64,000 bases of DNA from an uncultured virus (IMG/VR IMGVR_UViG_3300047323_000263) (lineage: Duplodnaviria > Heunggongvirae > Uroviricota > Caudoviricetes > Schitoviridae), in the IMG/VR virus record IMGVR_UViG_3300047323_000263. One strand, written 5' to 3'. Positions 1 to 8,788 of the stretch are shown one piece after another. Below the pieces are notes generated by a model, which was not told the origin of the DNA, ran no database searches, and worked only from the letters and a program-made list of their open reading frames with translations. The position numbers and the translations under genes are program-made. Positions within the stretch are counted from its first letter, which is position 1. Every line of letters begins with the position of its first letter.

Positions 1-61
1 AGAATCCGAATCCCGTTGCGATCAGGAATGCGATCGTGAAGCCGCCCATGAACTTGTTCAT
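1..61 (-). CDS. Partial early gene (runs off window start), hydrophobic N-terminus MNKFMGGFTIAFLIATGFGF
   Basis: ATG at 61-59 preceded on the - strand by GAGGAAAAACACCATC (SD-like); frame open to window edge. Confidence 0.55.
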   Translation of the reverse strand, partial: MNKFMGGFTIAFLIATGFGF

Positions 62-221
62 GATGGTGTTTTTCCTCAAAGTTATTTCTAATGATGAATG
101 TGAAAAAGGACCGGAGAGATTTCCCTGTCGAACAGGAATTTCTCTGCGATCCTTTCTGGGAATTTCTAGGGGAAGTAGAAGAATTTCTACTATCCAATCT
201 AACTATCTTAGATTTATCTTT

Positions 222-245
222 GGGGTATAGCCGTAGCCATACCCC
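222..245 (-). other. RNA hairpin with cUACGg tetraloop just downstream of the gp1-like gene
   Basis: - strand GGGGTATGGC-TACG-GCTATACCCC (10-bp stem, one G:U); no U-tract, so not a canonical intrinsic terminator. Confidence 0.6.
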
Positions 246-251
246 TTAGAC

Positions 252-569
252 TTACTTTTGTTTCAGAAGAGTCAGAACTTCGTCATAGTTCTTCTGATAA
301 TCAGCAGCAGAATCAGGATTCTGTGCAACAAATTCTTTAACCTTCTTCTGCCGAAGAGTTCTTTCCATACCGATTTCTTCAGCAATCTTGTAATCCAAGT
401 CCAACAGTTCAGCCTTATACCGCTTCTCTTGCTCCGTCTTCGCCTTGGTGACGAAGTTGTCAACCATGTCTACGCCTTTAATCACTGCGTTGACCGTGGT
501 GTCCACTGCCTTAGCTGCACCGACAACGGTGTCCATTGCGCTGCCGAAAGTCATACGTACGCTTGCCAT
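252..569 (-). CDS. N4 gp1-like early protein (105 aa)
   Basis: ATG at 569 (MASVRMTFGSAMDTVV) with GGAG upstream; first gene after a vRNAP hairpin promoter; size and position match the first gene of N4-like phages. Confidence 0.75.
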   Translation of the reverse strand: MASVRMTFGSAMDTVVGAAKAVDTTVNAVIKGVDMVDNFVTKAKTEQEKRYKAELLDLDYKIAEEIGMERTLRQKKVKEFVAQNPDSAADYQKNYDEVLTLLKQK

Positions 570-604
570 GAGATAGCTCCAGTTATAGTGACGGCCCCAT
601 ATGT

Positions 605-625
605 GCCGATACAGGCGTAGCCTGT
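605..625 (-). promoter_or_regulatory. N4-type virion RNA polymerase hairpin promoter (template = + strand), predicted +1 at 607
   Basis: GCCGAT-ACAGGC-GTA-GCCTGT: 6-bp stem, C-GNA-G triloop, G at -8, C at -9 and CC at +1/+2 in the same register as N4 P2; 38 nt upstream of gp1-like start. Confidence 0.8.
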
Positions 626-659
626 GTACCCGTGTACCGGGGGGGGTGTACTGGTGTAC
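624..659. repeat. Four GTGTAC copies flanking a G8 run
   Basis: GTGTAC at 624, 632, 646 and 654; GGGGGGGG at 639-646. Confidence 0.8.
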
Positions 660-661
660 AA

Positions 662-676
662 GGGGCCGGAGGCCCC
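662..676. promoter_or_regulatory. Second C-GNA-G triloop DNA hairpin (possible vRNAP promoter or terminus element)
   Basis: GGGGCC-GGA-GGCCCC; lacks C at the predicted +1. Confidence 0.45.
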
Positions 677-834
677 ACACTGCTATGGGAAGTAGCTATG
701 AAGTTTTGCCAAACCCGACTGCCCAAAAAATTTGCAAGAAATTTCTCTCCATGAGCAGATAAGTTTGGGGTCGCTGGATGCGGCACTCAAAATGCTGGAT
801 GACCTGGAGATCAACCAGCCGGGGCAGAGCAGAC

Positions 835-1059
835 ATGAAAATCGACTTTATGGAGTGGACCCTCGACTCTCACCCGGAGAAGCGGGGCTTCCATTGGCAT
901 GCGTGGGTCGAGGTCGAACGTGGCCCGTGGGAAGACGAGGACGAGGGGCAGATCTTCCACTTCATGGACATTGGCTACTACGACACCGAGGCGGCCGCCA
1001 TTGAGCGGGGCATCAGCTGGGCGAAAGCCTGGCTTGAGTCGAACAACTACTGCTACTGA
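835..1059 (+). CDS. Hypothetical protein (74 aa, acidic, Trp-rich)
   Basis: ATG at 835 (MKIDFMEW), phage-typical GC3-rich codons. Confidence 0.65.
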   Translation: MKIDFMEWTLDSHPEKRGFHWHAWVEVERGPWEDEDEGQIFHFMDIGYYDTEAAAIERGISWAKAWLESNNYCY

Positions 1060-1660
1060 TCTTTCCCTTGGCTCGACGCAAGTCACCGGGGATACGACAC
1101 TCGCTGCTCCGAGAGCAGCTCGCGTCCTGTTATAGACAGGGGTGGCAAAAGCGAACCGTTGACTTGTCAACGAATTGGCAACTAACGGTCTGCTGCGCAG
1201 GAGCCAGAGAGAAGAGGGCCTGCGCTAGGGTTAACTTAGAGTGGGGGAAGCAACCAAAGAAAAGAGCCGGGGCGTATACACAGCCACCGGCTCTAGTATC
1301 GGATCACGTCTGGACTCAGCTGGCGACTGAGTAGGAGGTCGACGCTCCGACTGTGGAAGTTATGTGCCCCACTATCCACTGGGGTATCGAAACGAAGCAC
1401 TGACGTTTCACAAGGTCCGCTGTCAGCTCAGGCATTGCACCGTCGCATTGGCCTGGCCAGGTTAACACAAACTTTCATTCGTATACAGGATTCAGTATTC
1501 CTGCCCCTCCCTTGTGCGGCAGCACCATACCTTTATCCCTCCCATTCCCATACAGAATAGAGTGTGCCGAAAGGATTCCTTTGACGAATTCGGGGATAGA
1601 CTTTAGACTACCTTTAGTCCATGTATGGACTTTACCCAACAGACAGGGAGAAGTAAACCG

Positions 1661-2464
1661 ATGAACACCGCAGCAGCAGAGAAAATTTTGGCGGCGGGCG
1701 CTACCGCGCCGCGAGTCAGCCTCGAACAAGTCGAGCGCGCGATTGCCGAGGGCAAGGTGAGCTTTATTGTGTTGCCGAACGGGCGCACGACCGTGGCCCA
1801 GGTCGAGCTCTTTGGCGAGCGCTTCTCGGTGGAAGGCAGCTCGGCCTGCGTCTCGAAGGAGAACTTCAACCAGGAGATGGGCGAGAGCTTCGCGCTGAAG
1901 GAAGCGACCCAGGGAGTCTGGAAAGCACTCGGCACTGTGCTCGCGTGGCAGCTGTCACTGGTCGATGCGGCCGGCCCGGCCTCCGGCTCCATCCTTTCCT
2001 TGGCTCCCGAAGTCCAAACCTACGTCGGCACGAAGGTGGTCCGCGCTGTGCCGATGCGACTAGCGGACTACCACCACGCGACGGGCCTCTTCTATGACGG
2101 CCGCCGTGCGCTGGACGAGGAAGGCTACCTGGTGGAATACACCGACGGCGGCGCACCCAACGTTGAAGGCTTTGCCGGTTACGTGTCTTGGTCACCCAAG
2201 GGCGTATTCGAGAAGGCCTACACGGTTGGCGCGACCCCGCGTGCCACGACCTGGCTGGAACGCCTGAAGGCAGAGCATCAAGCACGCCGCGGCGAGTACG
2301 AGCGACTGCTGGCGTTCATCCAGACGGATGCCTACAAAGCCCTGCCGGATGCCGAGCGGCGTGACCTCGCCACGCAGCGTGACTGCATGGAAGAGCTGGT
2401 CTGGCTGCTCAACAAGCGCCTCACCCGCGCTACGGCGGCGCCTACCCCGGTTTTGGGCCATTAA
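1661..2464 (+). CDS. Three-module phage protein: N4 Gp49/Sf6 gp66-like domain + YVGTK...WSPKGVFE domain + C-terminal helical hairpin (crAss001_48-like)
   Basis: Motifs APRVSLEQVE..GSSACVSKENFNQEMGE, YVGTKVVRAVPM..GYLVEY..YVSWSPKGVFEKAY and WLERLKAE..LLAFI..L...ER..L..Q...M......L..RL; SD GGGAGA before ATG 1661 (alternative start 1625). Confidence 0.7.
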   Translation: MNTAAAEKILAAGATAPRVSLEQVERAIAEGKVSFIVLPNGRTTVAQVELFGERFSVEGSSACVSKENFNQEMGESFALKEATQGVWKALGTVLAWQLSLVDAAGPASGSILSLAPEVQTYVGTKVVRAVPMRLADYHHATGLFYDGRRALDEEGYLVEYTDGGAPNVEGFAGYVSWSPKGVFEKAYTVGATPRATTWLERLKAEHQARRGEYERLLAFIQTDAYKALPDAERRDLATQRDCMEELVWLLNKRLTRATAAPTPVLGH

Positions 2465-2542
2465 ATCATTCACTGCTAATAACGATTAGCAGACAAGGCG
2501 AGGCCGGCGAAAGCTGGCCTTTGCCAGTTAACGGGGAAAGAA

Positions 2543-3223
2543 ATGCTGACTCAAGAGATGGTGGTGCGGGCTCTCCCGCCGAACCTCAAGGGCGCAGCCA
2601 CGCAGCAGCTGGTCGACATGGTGAACAACGTCGTGACCGATCCGCTGATTGCCGAGCAGGTGCGCAACAACTTCATCTCGTACACCGGGGTGCTGAAAGA
2701 CGGGAAGTTCAAGACCGAGGACTACCTGAACGCGGTGACCTACGTCAGCTACAAGCTGATGGGGGATTCGAACCAGGACGCCTACTTCAAGACCTTCCCC
2801 CAGCGCTACCAGGCGCTCACCGCCAAAGGCGCCACGACCAAGGAGATCTCGGCCTACGTCTCCGCCTTCAACAAGGGCAAGCTCGTCAACCTGATCCTCG
2901 AGCAGAGCCTGGTGCCGACCTGGGTCTTGAACCAGGACATCCACCAGAAGGCGATCAACCGTCTGTCGGATCTGATGATGACGGCCGCCAGCGAGAAGGT
3001 GCAGGCAGATGCCGCGATCGGACTGCTCGCTCACCTCGCCAAGCCGAAGGAAGCAGGGCCGCTCGTGAACTTCAACGTGCCGGAATCCTCGGGCATGGCG
3101 GAGATGAAGGAGCTGCTCGGCAAGATGGCCGCCCAACAGCAGGCACTGATTGCTCAGGGAGTGACGGCCAAAGACATTGCCGCGCAGAAGATCATCGACG
3201 TTGAGGTGAAGGAGCTTCCGTAA
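2543..3223 (+). CDS. N4 gp69-like protein (putative terminase small subunit)
   Basis: Immediately upstream of and coupled (TAATG) to TerL; size and synteny as in N4-like phages. Confidence 0.75.
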   Translation: MLTQEMVVRALPPNLKGAATQQLVDMVNNVVTDPLIAEQVRNNFISYTGVLKDGKFKTEDYLNAVTYVSYKLMGDSNQDAYFKTFPQRYQALTAKGATTKEISAYVSAFNKGKLVNLILEQSLVPTWVLNQDIHQKAINRLSDLMMTAASEKVQADAAIGLLAHLAKPKEAGPLVNFNVPESSGMAEMKELLGKMAAQQQALIAQGVTAKDIAAQKIIDVEVKELP

Positions 3224-4815
3224 TGCCACTGATCAAGCAAGAGTTGGATGAGTGGCTGGATCAGGTCGACTACAAAGAACTGAACTCTCCAAACTACAAG
3301 CCGAGTGTGTTCGCACTCACTTTCATGAACTTCATCAAACTCGTGAACGGCGAGACTGGAGAGAGCCACAAGACACCGCCTGTTCACCTGAAGATGCTGG
3401 ATAAGGTGGTGGAGTCGAACTCTGATTACATTGCAAACCTCTGTTTCCGGGGTGCAGCCAAAACTACTCTGTTCATGGAGTATTTCTGCCTGTTCCTCGG
3501 AATGTTCGGACACTTGCCAGGGTTCGGCAAGGTTGAAGGGATGATCTACGTCTCTGACTCAATGGACAACGGCGTGAAGTCTGCGCGAAAGAACATTGAG
3601 TTCCGATACAACAACAGTGAGTTCCTGCGCGAGTGGATTCCGAAGGCGACCTTCACTGACAACTACATCGAGTTCGAGAACAAGGAAGGCCATCGCCTGG
3701 GCATCAAAATGTTCGGCGCGAAAACTGGCTTGCGCGGTACGAAGATCTTCGGCAAGCGCCCCGTGTTATGCGTGCTCGATGACCTGATCTCGGATGACGA
3801 CTCGAAGTCCAAGGCCGCGATGGATGCGATCAAAGACACCGTTTATAAAGGCGTGAATCACGCCCTCGATCCGACCCGTCGCAAGGTGGTGTTCAATGGC
3901 ACGCCCTTCGCCAAGGAAGACATCCTGATCGAAGCGGTGGAGTCCGGTGCCTGGGACGTGAACGTGTGGCCGGTGTGCGAACGCTTCCCGTGCGAGGAGC
4001 ACGAGTTCGTCGGCGCATGGGAGGATCGCTTCACGTTCAAGTACGTGAAAGAGCAGTACGAGATGGCGGTGAAGACCGGCAAAGTCGCGGCCTTCATGCA
4101 GGAACTGATGCTTCGTATCACGTCCGAGGAAGAGCGCCTCGTGCAGGATGCGGATCTGCGCTGGTACAACCGCAAGAATCTGCTGGCGAACCAGAGCAGT
4201 TTCAACTTCTACATCACCACCGACCTCGCAACCTCAATTAAACAGACCGCTGACTTCTCCGTGATCAGTGTCTGGGCGTACAATTCCAACGGGGACTGGT
4301 TCTGGGTTGACGGCATCATCGAGCGTCAGAAGATCAACAAAACATTCGACGATCTTTTCAGGCTAGTTCAGCAGTACAAACCACAGCAGGTTGGCATCGA
4401 GATCACCGGCCAGCAAGGCGCCTACATCTCATTGCTCCAGACTGCGATGCTGGACCGGAACATCTGGTTCAACTTCGCCAGCTCGGAGAAGAGTGGCGAA
4501 CCTGGTATTCGGCCGATCACCGACAAGCTCTCCCGCTTCAATCTGGTTGTTCCTTGGTTCAAGGCGGGCAAGTTCTACTTCCCCGAAGAATTGAAGCTGT
4601 CGAAGACGCTCGGTATCGCAATGGGTCAGCTCCGGCTGGTCACCTCCAGCGGCATCAAGGGTAAAGACGACTTCATCGACACTGTGTCGATGCTCGGCTA
4701 TCTGAAGCCGTGGAAGCCCTCGGAATCCGCGCCGGCGACACCGACTGAAGTGTCGATCTACGAGGAAGAAGAGCAGCAGGGCGAACCGAGCGGACTGTCC
4801 GCTTATATCGTGTGA
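3223..4815 (+). CDS. terL: Terminase large subunit (N4 gp68-like)
   Basis: Walker A-like RGAAKTT, GLRG..LCVLDD Walker B, GTP coupling motif, nuclease ITTDLA..DFS..KDDFID. Confidence 0.95.
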   Translation: MPLIKQELDEWLDQVDYKELNSPNYKPSVFALTFMNFIKLVNGETGESHKTPPVHLKMLDKVVESNSDYIANLCFRGAAKTTLFMEYFCLFLGMFGHLPGFGKVEGMIYVSDSMDNGVKSARKNIEFRYNNSEFLREWIPKATFTDNYIEFENKEGHRLGIKMFGAKTGLRGTKIFGKRPVLCVLDDLISDDDSKSKAAMDAIKDTVYKGVNHALDPTRRKVVFNGTPFAKEDILIEAVESGAWDVNVWPVCERFPCEEHEFVGAWEDRFTFKYVKEQYEMAVKTGKVAAFMQELMLRITSEEERLVQDADLRWYNRKNLLANQSSFNFYITTDLATSIKQTADFSVISVWAYNSNGDWFWVDGIIERQKINKTFDDLFRLVQQYKPQQVGIEITGQQGAYISLLQTAMLDRNIWFNFASSEKSGEPGIRPITDKLSRFNLVVPWFKAGKFYFPEELKLSKTLGIAMGQLRLVTSSGIKGKDDFIDTVSMLGYLKPWKPSESAPATPTEVSIYEEEEQQGEPSGLSAYIV

Positions 4816-4823
4816 GGTGACTC

Positions 4824-5528
4824 GTGAAAGTATCTGATCTGTTTAGCCTCCTGTCCTACGGCGAATTCAGCAACATCGCCCTCGGACTGGAAGGCGCGGG
4901 TGGCATCGAAGAAGCCTCCAAACCCAAGGTGGTCATCGCCGCCAACGAGGCGCTGCGGCGCATCTACTCGCGCTTTGTCCTGTCGGAAAAGGACGTGGTG
5001 ATCGAGATGGTGAGCCACATCACCAACTACCACCTGCTCAAGAAGTTTGCCGAAAGCGGCTTCGACCCGGAGCAGGTGCGCTATCCCTACATCAAGGATC
5101 TCGGGCGTGAGTCGTTCGAAGAGGACGCCATCAAGATCCTGGCGGTCTATGACAGCCTCGGCTGCCAGATGTCGCTCAATGATTCGGGCCGCTTGAGCTC
5201 GCTGTTCACCCCGCAGCCGACGGTGCTCCAGGTGCCGCGGCCGATTCAGGGTGTCTCGCTCTCGGTGAACTACCAGGCGGCGCACCCTCAGCTCGCACTC
5301 GATGACGAAGAACAGGAGATCGTTCTGCCGCCGTCGTTGCACGGTGCCCTGACTGCGTATGTCGCCTACAAGGTTTTCAGCTCGATGGGAACCGAAGGCA
5401 GCGGAGCCAAGGCACAAGAACACCAGTCGATGTACGAGGCGATCTGCCACGAAGTCGCGGACATGGATCTGGTGAACGCGTCCATCTCAACCACCAACAC
5501 CCGCTTCGAACAGCGGGGATGGGTATAA
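4824..5528 (+). CDS. N4 gp67-like virion protein (head-tail adaptor)
   Basis: LSYGEFSN N-terminus and FEQRGWV C-terminus; position after TerL. Confidence 0.75.
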   Translation: MKVSDLFSLLSYGEFSNIALGLEGAGGIEEASKPKVVIAANEALRRIYSRFVLSEKDVVIEMVSHITNYHLLKKFAESGFDPEQVRYPYIKDLGRESFEEDAIKILAVYDSLGCQMSLNDSGRLSSLFTPQPTVLQVPRPIQGVSLSVNYQAAHPQLALDDEEQEIVLPPSLHGALTAYVAYKVFSSMGTEGSGAKAQEHQSMYEAICHEVADMDLVNASISTTNTRFEQRGWV

Positions 5529-5531
5529 CCA

Positions 5532-6533
5532 ATGAACATGCGCACTGTGAATGACCCGCTCGGCGGGGAAGCCGGCCTTGTCGATAAGTTCCTCGGCAAC
5601 GCCTACGACACGGTTCGCCACGTCGCGCTGAACATCGCCTACGTGAAACACGTCTCCTCGCAGTTGAAGGACGTGTATCTCGTGGCCGAGTCGTTGGCCG
5701 ATGTGGTAGCGGTGTCGGGCAGCTTGACGGACTTGAAGAGTGTGTCTGCGGTTCAGGCGCAGGTGACGGCTGTGGCAGCACAGCTCGATAACCTCACCTC
5801 GATTGCGGGCTCGCTCTCCAAGCTCGTCGACCTGCGCACCAACATGACGAGCCTGCTCGATCTCCAGAGCAACGAGTCGGCGCTGGTCGACCTGCACTCG
5901 CACCAGAACCAGCTGCTCTCGGTGTACGGGTCGCTCGCTTCCGTCTCGGCGGTGAACGACAAGCTCGCCCAGATCGGCACGGTCTTCAACAACCTGGCCG
6001 ACATCGTGTCAGCGGGTGACAACGTGGCTGCGATCGTCGCCGTCAACCAGGCGCTCACCCAGTTGATCTCGGTGCAGGGCCAGCTGACGATGCTCACCAC
6101 CATCAGCGCAAATCTGACGGATATCGTCGCGGTCGGCAACAAGATCGCGGACGTGTCCGCAGTCGCCGCCGATCTGACGAAGCTCGATGCGATCTTCGCG
6201 GACCTGGCCCAGCTCGAGGCGATCTACACCAACCTCGATGCGCTGACGACCAAGCTGACCTCGCTCCAGACGCAGAAGACGCTCACCGGCGTCGCCCCTG
6301 CGAACGGCGCCTCGGTCAATCTTCCCCTTGGCTCGGATGCCCCGGCCGCCAACGTCGCCGCAGTCTCGGTGCGCCTGACGGGCACCGACGGCAGCGTCTA
6401 CTTCCCGGACGGCACCAACCTGATCGTCAAGATCACGGGCACGAACGTGGTGGTGTCGCTCGGCGCTTCGGCCCCGGCTGCGTACACGACTGGCGCGGTG
6501 AAGGCGCTGGTCAGCTACACGCCGTCGGCGTAA
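5532..6533 (+). CDS. Tail appendage/fibre stalk protein with about 20 decad (10-residue) coiled-coil repeats
   Basis: N4-type anchor GLVDKFLGNAYDTVRHVALN, 10-aa periodic core, small beta-rich C-domain. Confidence 0.7.
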   Translation: MNMRTVNDPLGGEAGLVDKFLGNAYDTVRHVALNIAYVKHVSSQLKDVYLVAESLADVVAVSGSLTDLKSVSAVQAQVTAVAAQLDNLTSIAGSLSKLVDLRTNMTSLLDLQSNESALVDLHSHQNQLLSVYGSLASVSAVNDKLAQIGTVFNNLADIVSAGDNVAAIVAVNQALTQLISVQGQLTMLTTISANLTDIVAVGNKIADVSAVAADLTKLDAIFADLAQLEAIYTNLDALTTKLTSLQTQKTLTGVAPANGASVNLPLGSDAPAANVAAVSVRLTGTDGSVYFPDGTNLIVKITGTNVVVSLGASAPAAYTTGAVKALVSYTPSA

Positions 6534-6542
6534 GGAGAGGAG

Positions 6543-8774
6543 ATGAGCGAATACAAAGACATCTCCGCCTTCGAGCTGAGTGAACAGTATTCGAGCCGGG
6601 TGATCCATGACGACCAGTTCCAGGCCCCGTACCGGGGTGACCTGAAGCCGGACGCCATCACCTTCGGCTCGATCGTGACCGGCAGCCAGTCGGCCGACGT
6701 GACGGCAACGCTCACGAACATGGGCTTCCGTCCGCTCCCGGTCGAGGAGATCAAGATCTCGGGCGACTTCCTCTACTCGACGGACTGCCCGGTGGGCGGC
6801 GAGCTGGGTGTAGGCAAGACCTGCTCGATCGTGCTCAACTTCAACCCGTCGTCGGCGGGCCTGAAGCAGGGCGGGCTTTACGTGAACACCGGCGACGCAC
6901 AGGGGGCAGAGTTTGTCGGGCTGCTCGGCTACGGCGTGGCTTCGGGCAAGGGTGTGGCTGGACTCTCGGCCTCTTCCCTTTCCTTTGGCTCAGTCGATGT
7001 GGGCGTGAGCTCCGACACAAAAACCGTCACCTTGGTCAACAACGGCGACGTGGACCTGGCGGTGAAGACGCTCACAGTCTCGGGTGAGTTCTCGCTGACG
7101 AGCTCGCCGGCTGTGCCGACCACGCTTGTCTCCGGTGCGTCGATGGTGATCTCAGTGAAGATGACCCCGATCTCGGCTGGAGCCAAGAGCGGAACAGTCA
7201 GCATCGGCCACGACGGATCCGGTTCGACCAGCATTGCGCTGTCGGGCACGGGTGTCGCTGCTGGCACGACGCCGGTCATGTCGATCTCGGACGCGATCAT
7301 CGAGGCCTACCAGAATCAGGCCACGGTGACGAGCTCGGTCACGGCACTCGCCTTCGACACGACCGAAACCGGTCACAGCTCGGTCGCCAAGTCGGTGCTG
7401 CTCACCAACTCGGGCCTGCTCGATGCGACCATCACCGGTGTGACGCTCTCGAACACCACTGACTTTTCGCTCTCGAGCGACTCGGCAACGGTGGGCGATG
7501 CGGTGCCGGCATCCGGTACGGCGCTGCTGCGGGTGCTGTTCAATCCGAGCGCAGGCGGCGCACGCACGGCGACACTCACGGTGACCACCGATGCGACCTC
7601 CGGTTCGAGCTTCATCATCCCGCTCTCGGGCACGGGTGAAGTGGTGTCGACCGATCTCGCCCGGCTGGCGATCAGCGGCAACCAGTTTGTGCTGGCCTCC
7701 GACCCCTCGAGCACGGTGCGTCTGAAGTCGATCAACTGGTTTGGTGCCGAAGGCACGAACTACACGCCGCACGGTACGTGGCTGCGCCCGTGGAAAGCGA
7801 TCCTCGACGACATCAAGGCGATGGGTTTCAACTGCGTGCGTTTCCCGTTCTCGGGCGACACCTGCACGGTCGGCCGCACACCGCCGACCACCGCCATTGA
7901 CGAAGTGGCCAACCCTGACCTCGTGGGCCTGAACAGCCTCGAGATCCTCGACCTGTACTTCGACTACTGCAACACGATCGGTCTGTACGTGGTGCTCGAC
8001 CACCATCGCCGCACGGCGGGTGACGGTGCCGACGGCTCGCCGGTGGACAGCAGCTACACCGAAGCGCAGTGGCACGCGGACTGGCTGGTGATGGCCAACC
8101 GCTACAAGGCGCACCCGGCTGTGGTGGGCGCTGACCTGCACAACGAACCGCACGACCTCACCTGGTCGCAGTGGGCCACTTACGTGGAGAGCTGCGCGAA
8201 TGCGATCATTGCGGTCGCACCGCTCTGGCTGTACTTCGTTGAAGGCGTCGGCACCAACTCCGACAGCACCTCGACCTGGTGGGGCGGTGCGTTGAAAGAC
8301 GTGGCGACTCGTCCGATCGTGTTGTCGGTGGCGTCGAAGGTGGCCTACTCGCCGCACGAATACGGCCAGTCGACCGGCTCGCAATCGTGGCTGTCCACCG
8401 ACTCGAATGCAGTGTCCGGCTACCCGAACAACCTCTATGCCGTGTGGGATGCGAACTGGGGCTTCATCTACAAGAACAACCTCGCTCCGATCTGGATTGG
8501 AGAGTTCGGGGGCAAGTTCGGTGTGGATGGATCGGGCAACGCCACGCAAGCCAACGGCACGGTGGAAGCACAGTGGGTGACCAACCTCGCCAAGTATCTG
8601 AATGGCGACTTCAACGGTGACGGTACGAGCGACATCGCCACCACCAAGAAGGGTATGAGCTTCGCCTTCTGGGCCTACAACCCGAACTCGTCCGACACGG
8701 GCGGTCTGGTCGAAGATGACTGGACCACGCACCAAGCCGTGAAGGTTTCTCTCCTGGCTCCGCTTCTGACTTAA
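6543..8774 (+). CDS. GH5 endoglucanase (cellulase) with three N-terminal ASH/choice-of-anchor-D Ig-like domains; probable virion depolymerase
   Basis: NWFGAE..PHG, GFNCVRFPFS, LDHH, DLHNEPH (acid/base Glu), WWGG, YSPHEYG, IWIGEFG (nucleophile Glu), FWAYNPNSSDTGG; three L.FG...VTL.N.G...F.P...G.....L....G.G repeats. Confidence 0.93.
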   Translation: MSEYKDISAFELSEQYSSRVIHDDQFQAPYRGDLKPDAITFGSIVTGSQSADVTATLTNMGFRPLPVEEIKISGDFLYSTDCPVGGELGVGKTCSIVLNFNPSSAGLKQGGLYVNTGDAQGAEFVGLLGYGVASGKGVAGLSASSLSFGSVDVGVSSDTKTVTLVNNGDVDLAVKTLTVSGEFSLTSSPAVPTTLVSGASMVISVKMTPISAGAKSGTVSIGHDGSGSTSIALSGTGVAAGTTPVMSISDAIIEAYQNQATVTSSVTALAFDTTETGHSSVAKSVLLTNSGLLDATITGVTLSNTTDFSLSSDSATVGDAVPASGTALLRVLFNPSAGGARTATLTVTTDATSGSSFIIPLSGTGEVVSTDLARLAISGNQFVLASDPSSTVRLKSINWFGAEGTNYTPHGTWLRPWKAILDDIKAMGFNCVRFPFSGDTCTVGRTPPTTAIDEVANPDLVGLNSLEILDLYFDYCNTIGLYVVLDHHRRTAGDGADGSPVDSSYTEAQWHADWLVMANRYKAHPAVVGADLHNEPHDLTWSQWATYVESCANAIIAVAPLWLYFVEGVGTNSDSTSTWWGGALKDVATRPIVLSVASKVAYSPHEYGQSTGSQSWLSTDSNAVSGYPNNLYAVWDANWGFIYKNNLAPIWIGEFGGKFGVDGSGNATQANGTVEAQWVTNLAKYLNGDFNGDGTSDIATTKKGMSFAFWAYNPNSSDTGGLVEDDWTTHQAVKVSLLAPLLT

Positions 8775-8788
8775 AGGACCACTTCAAC

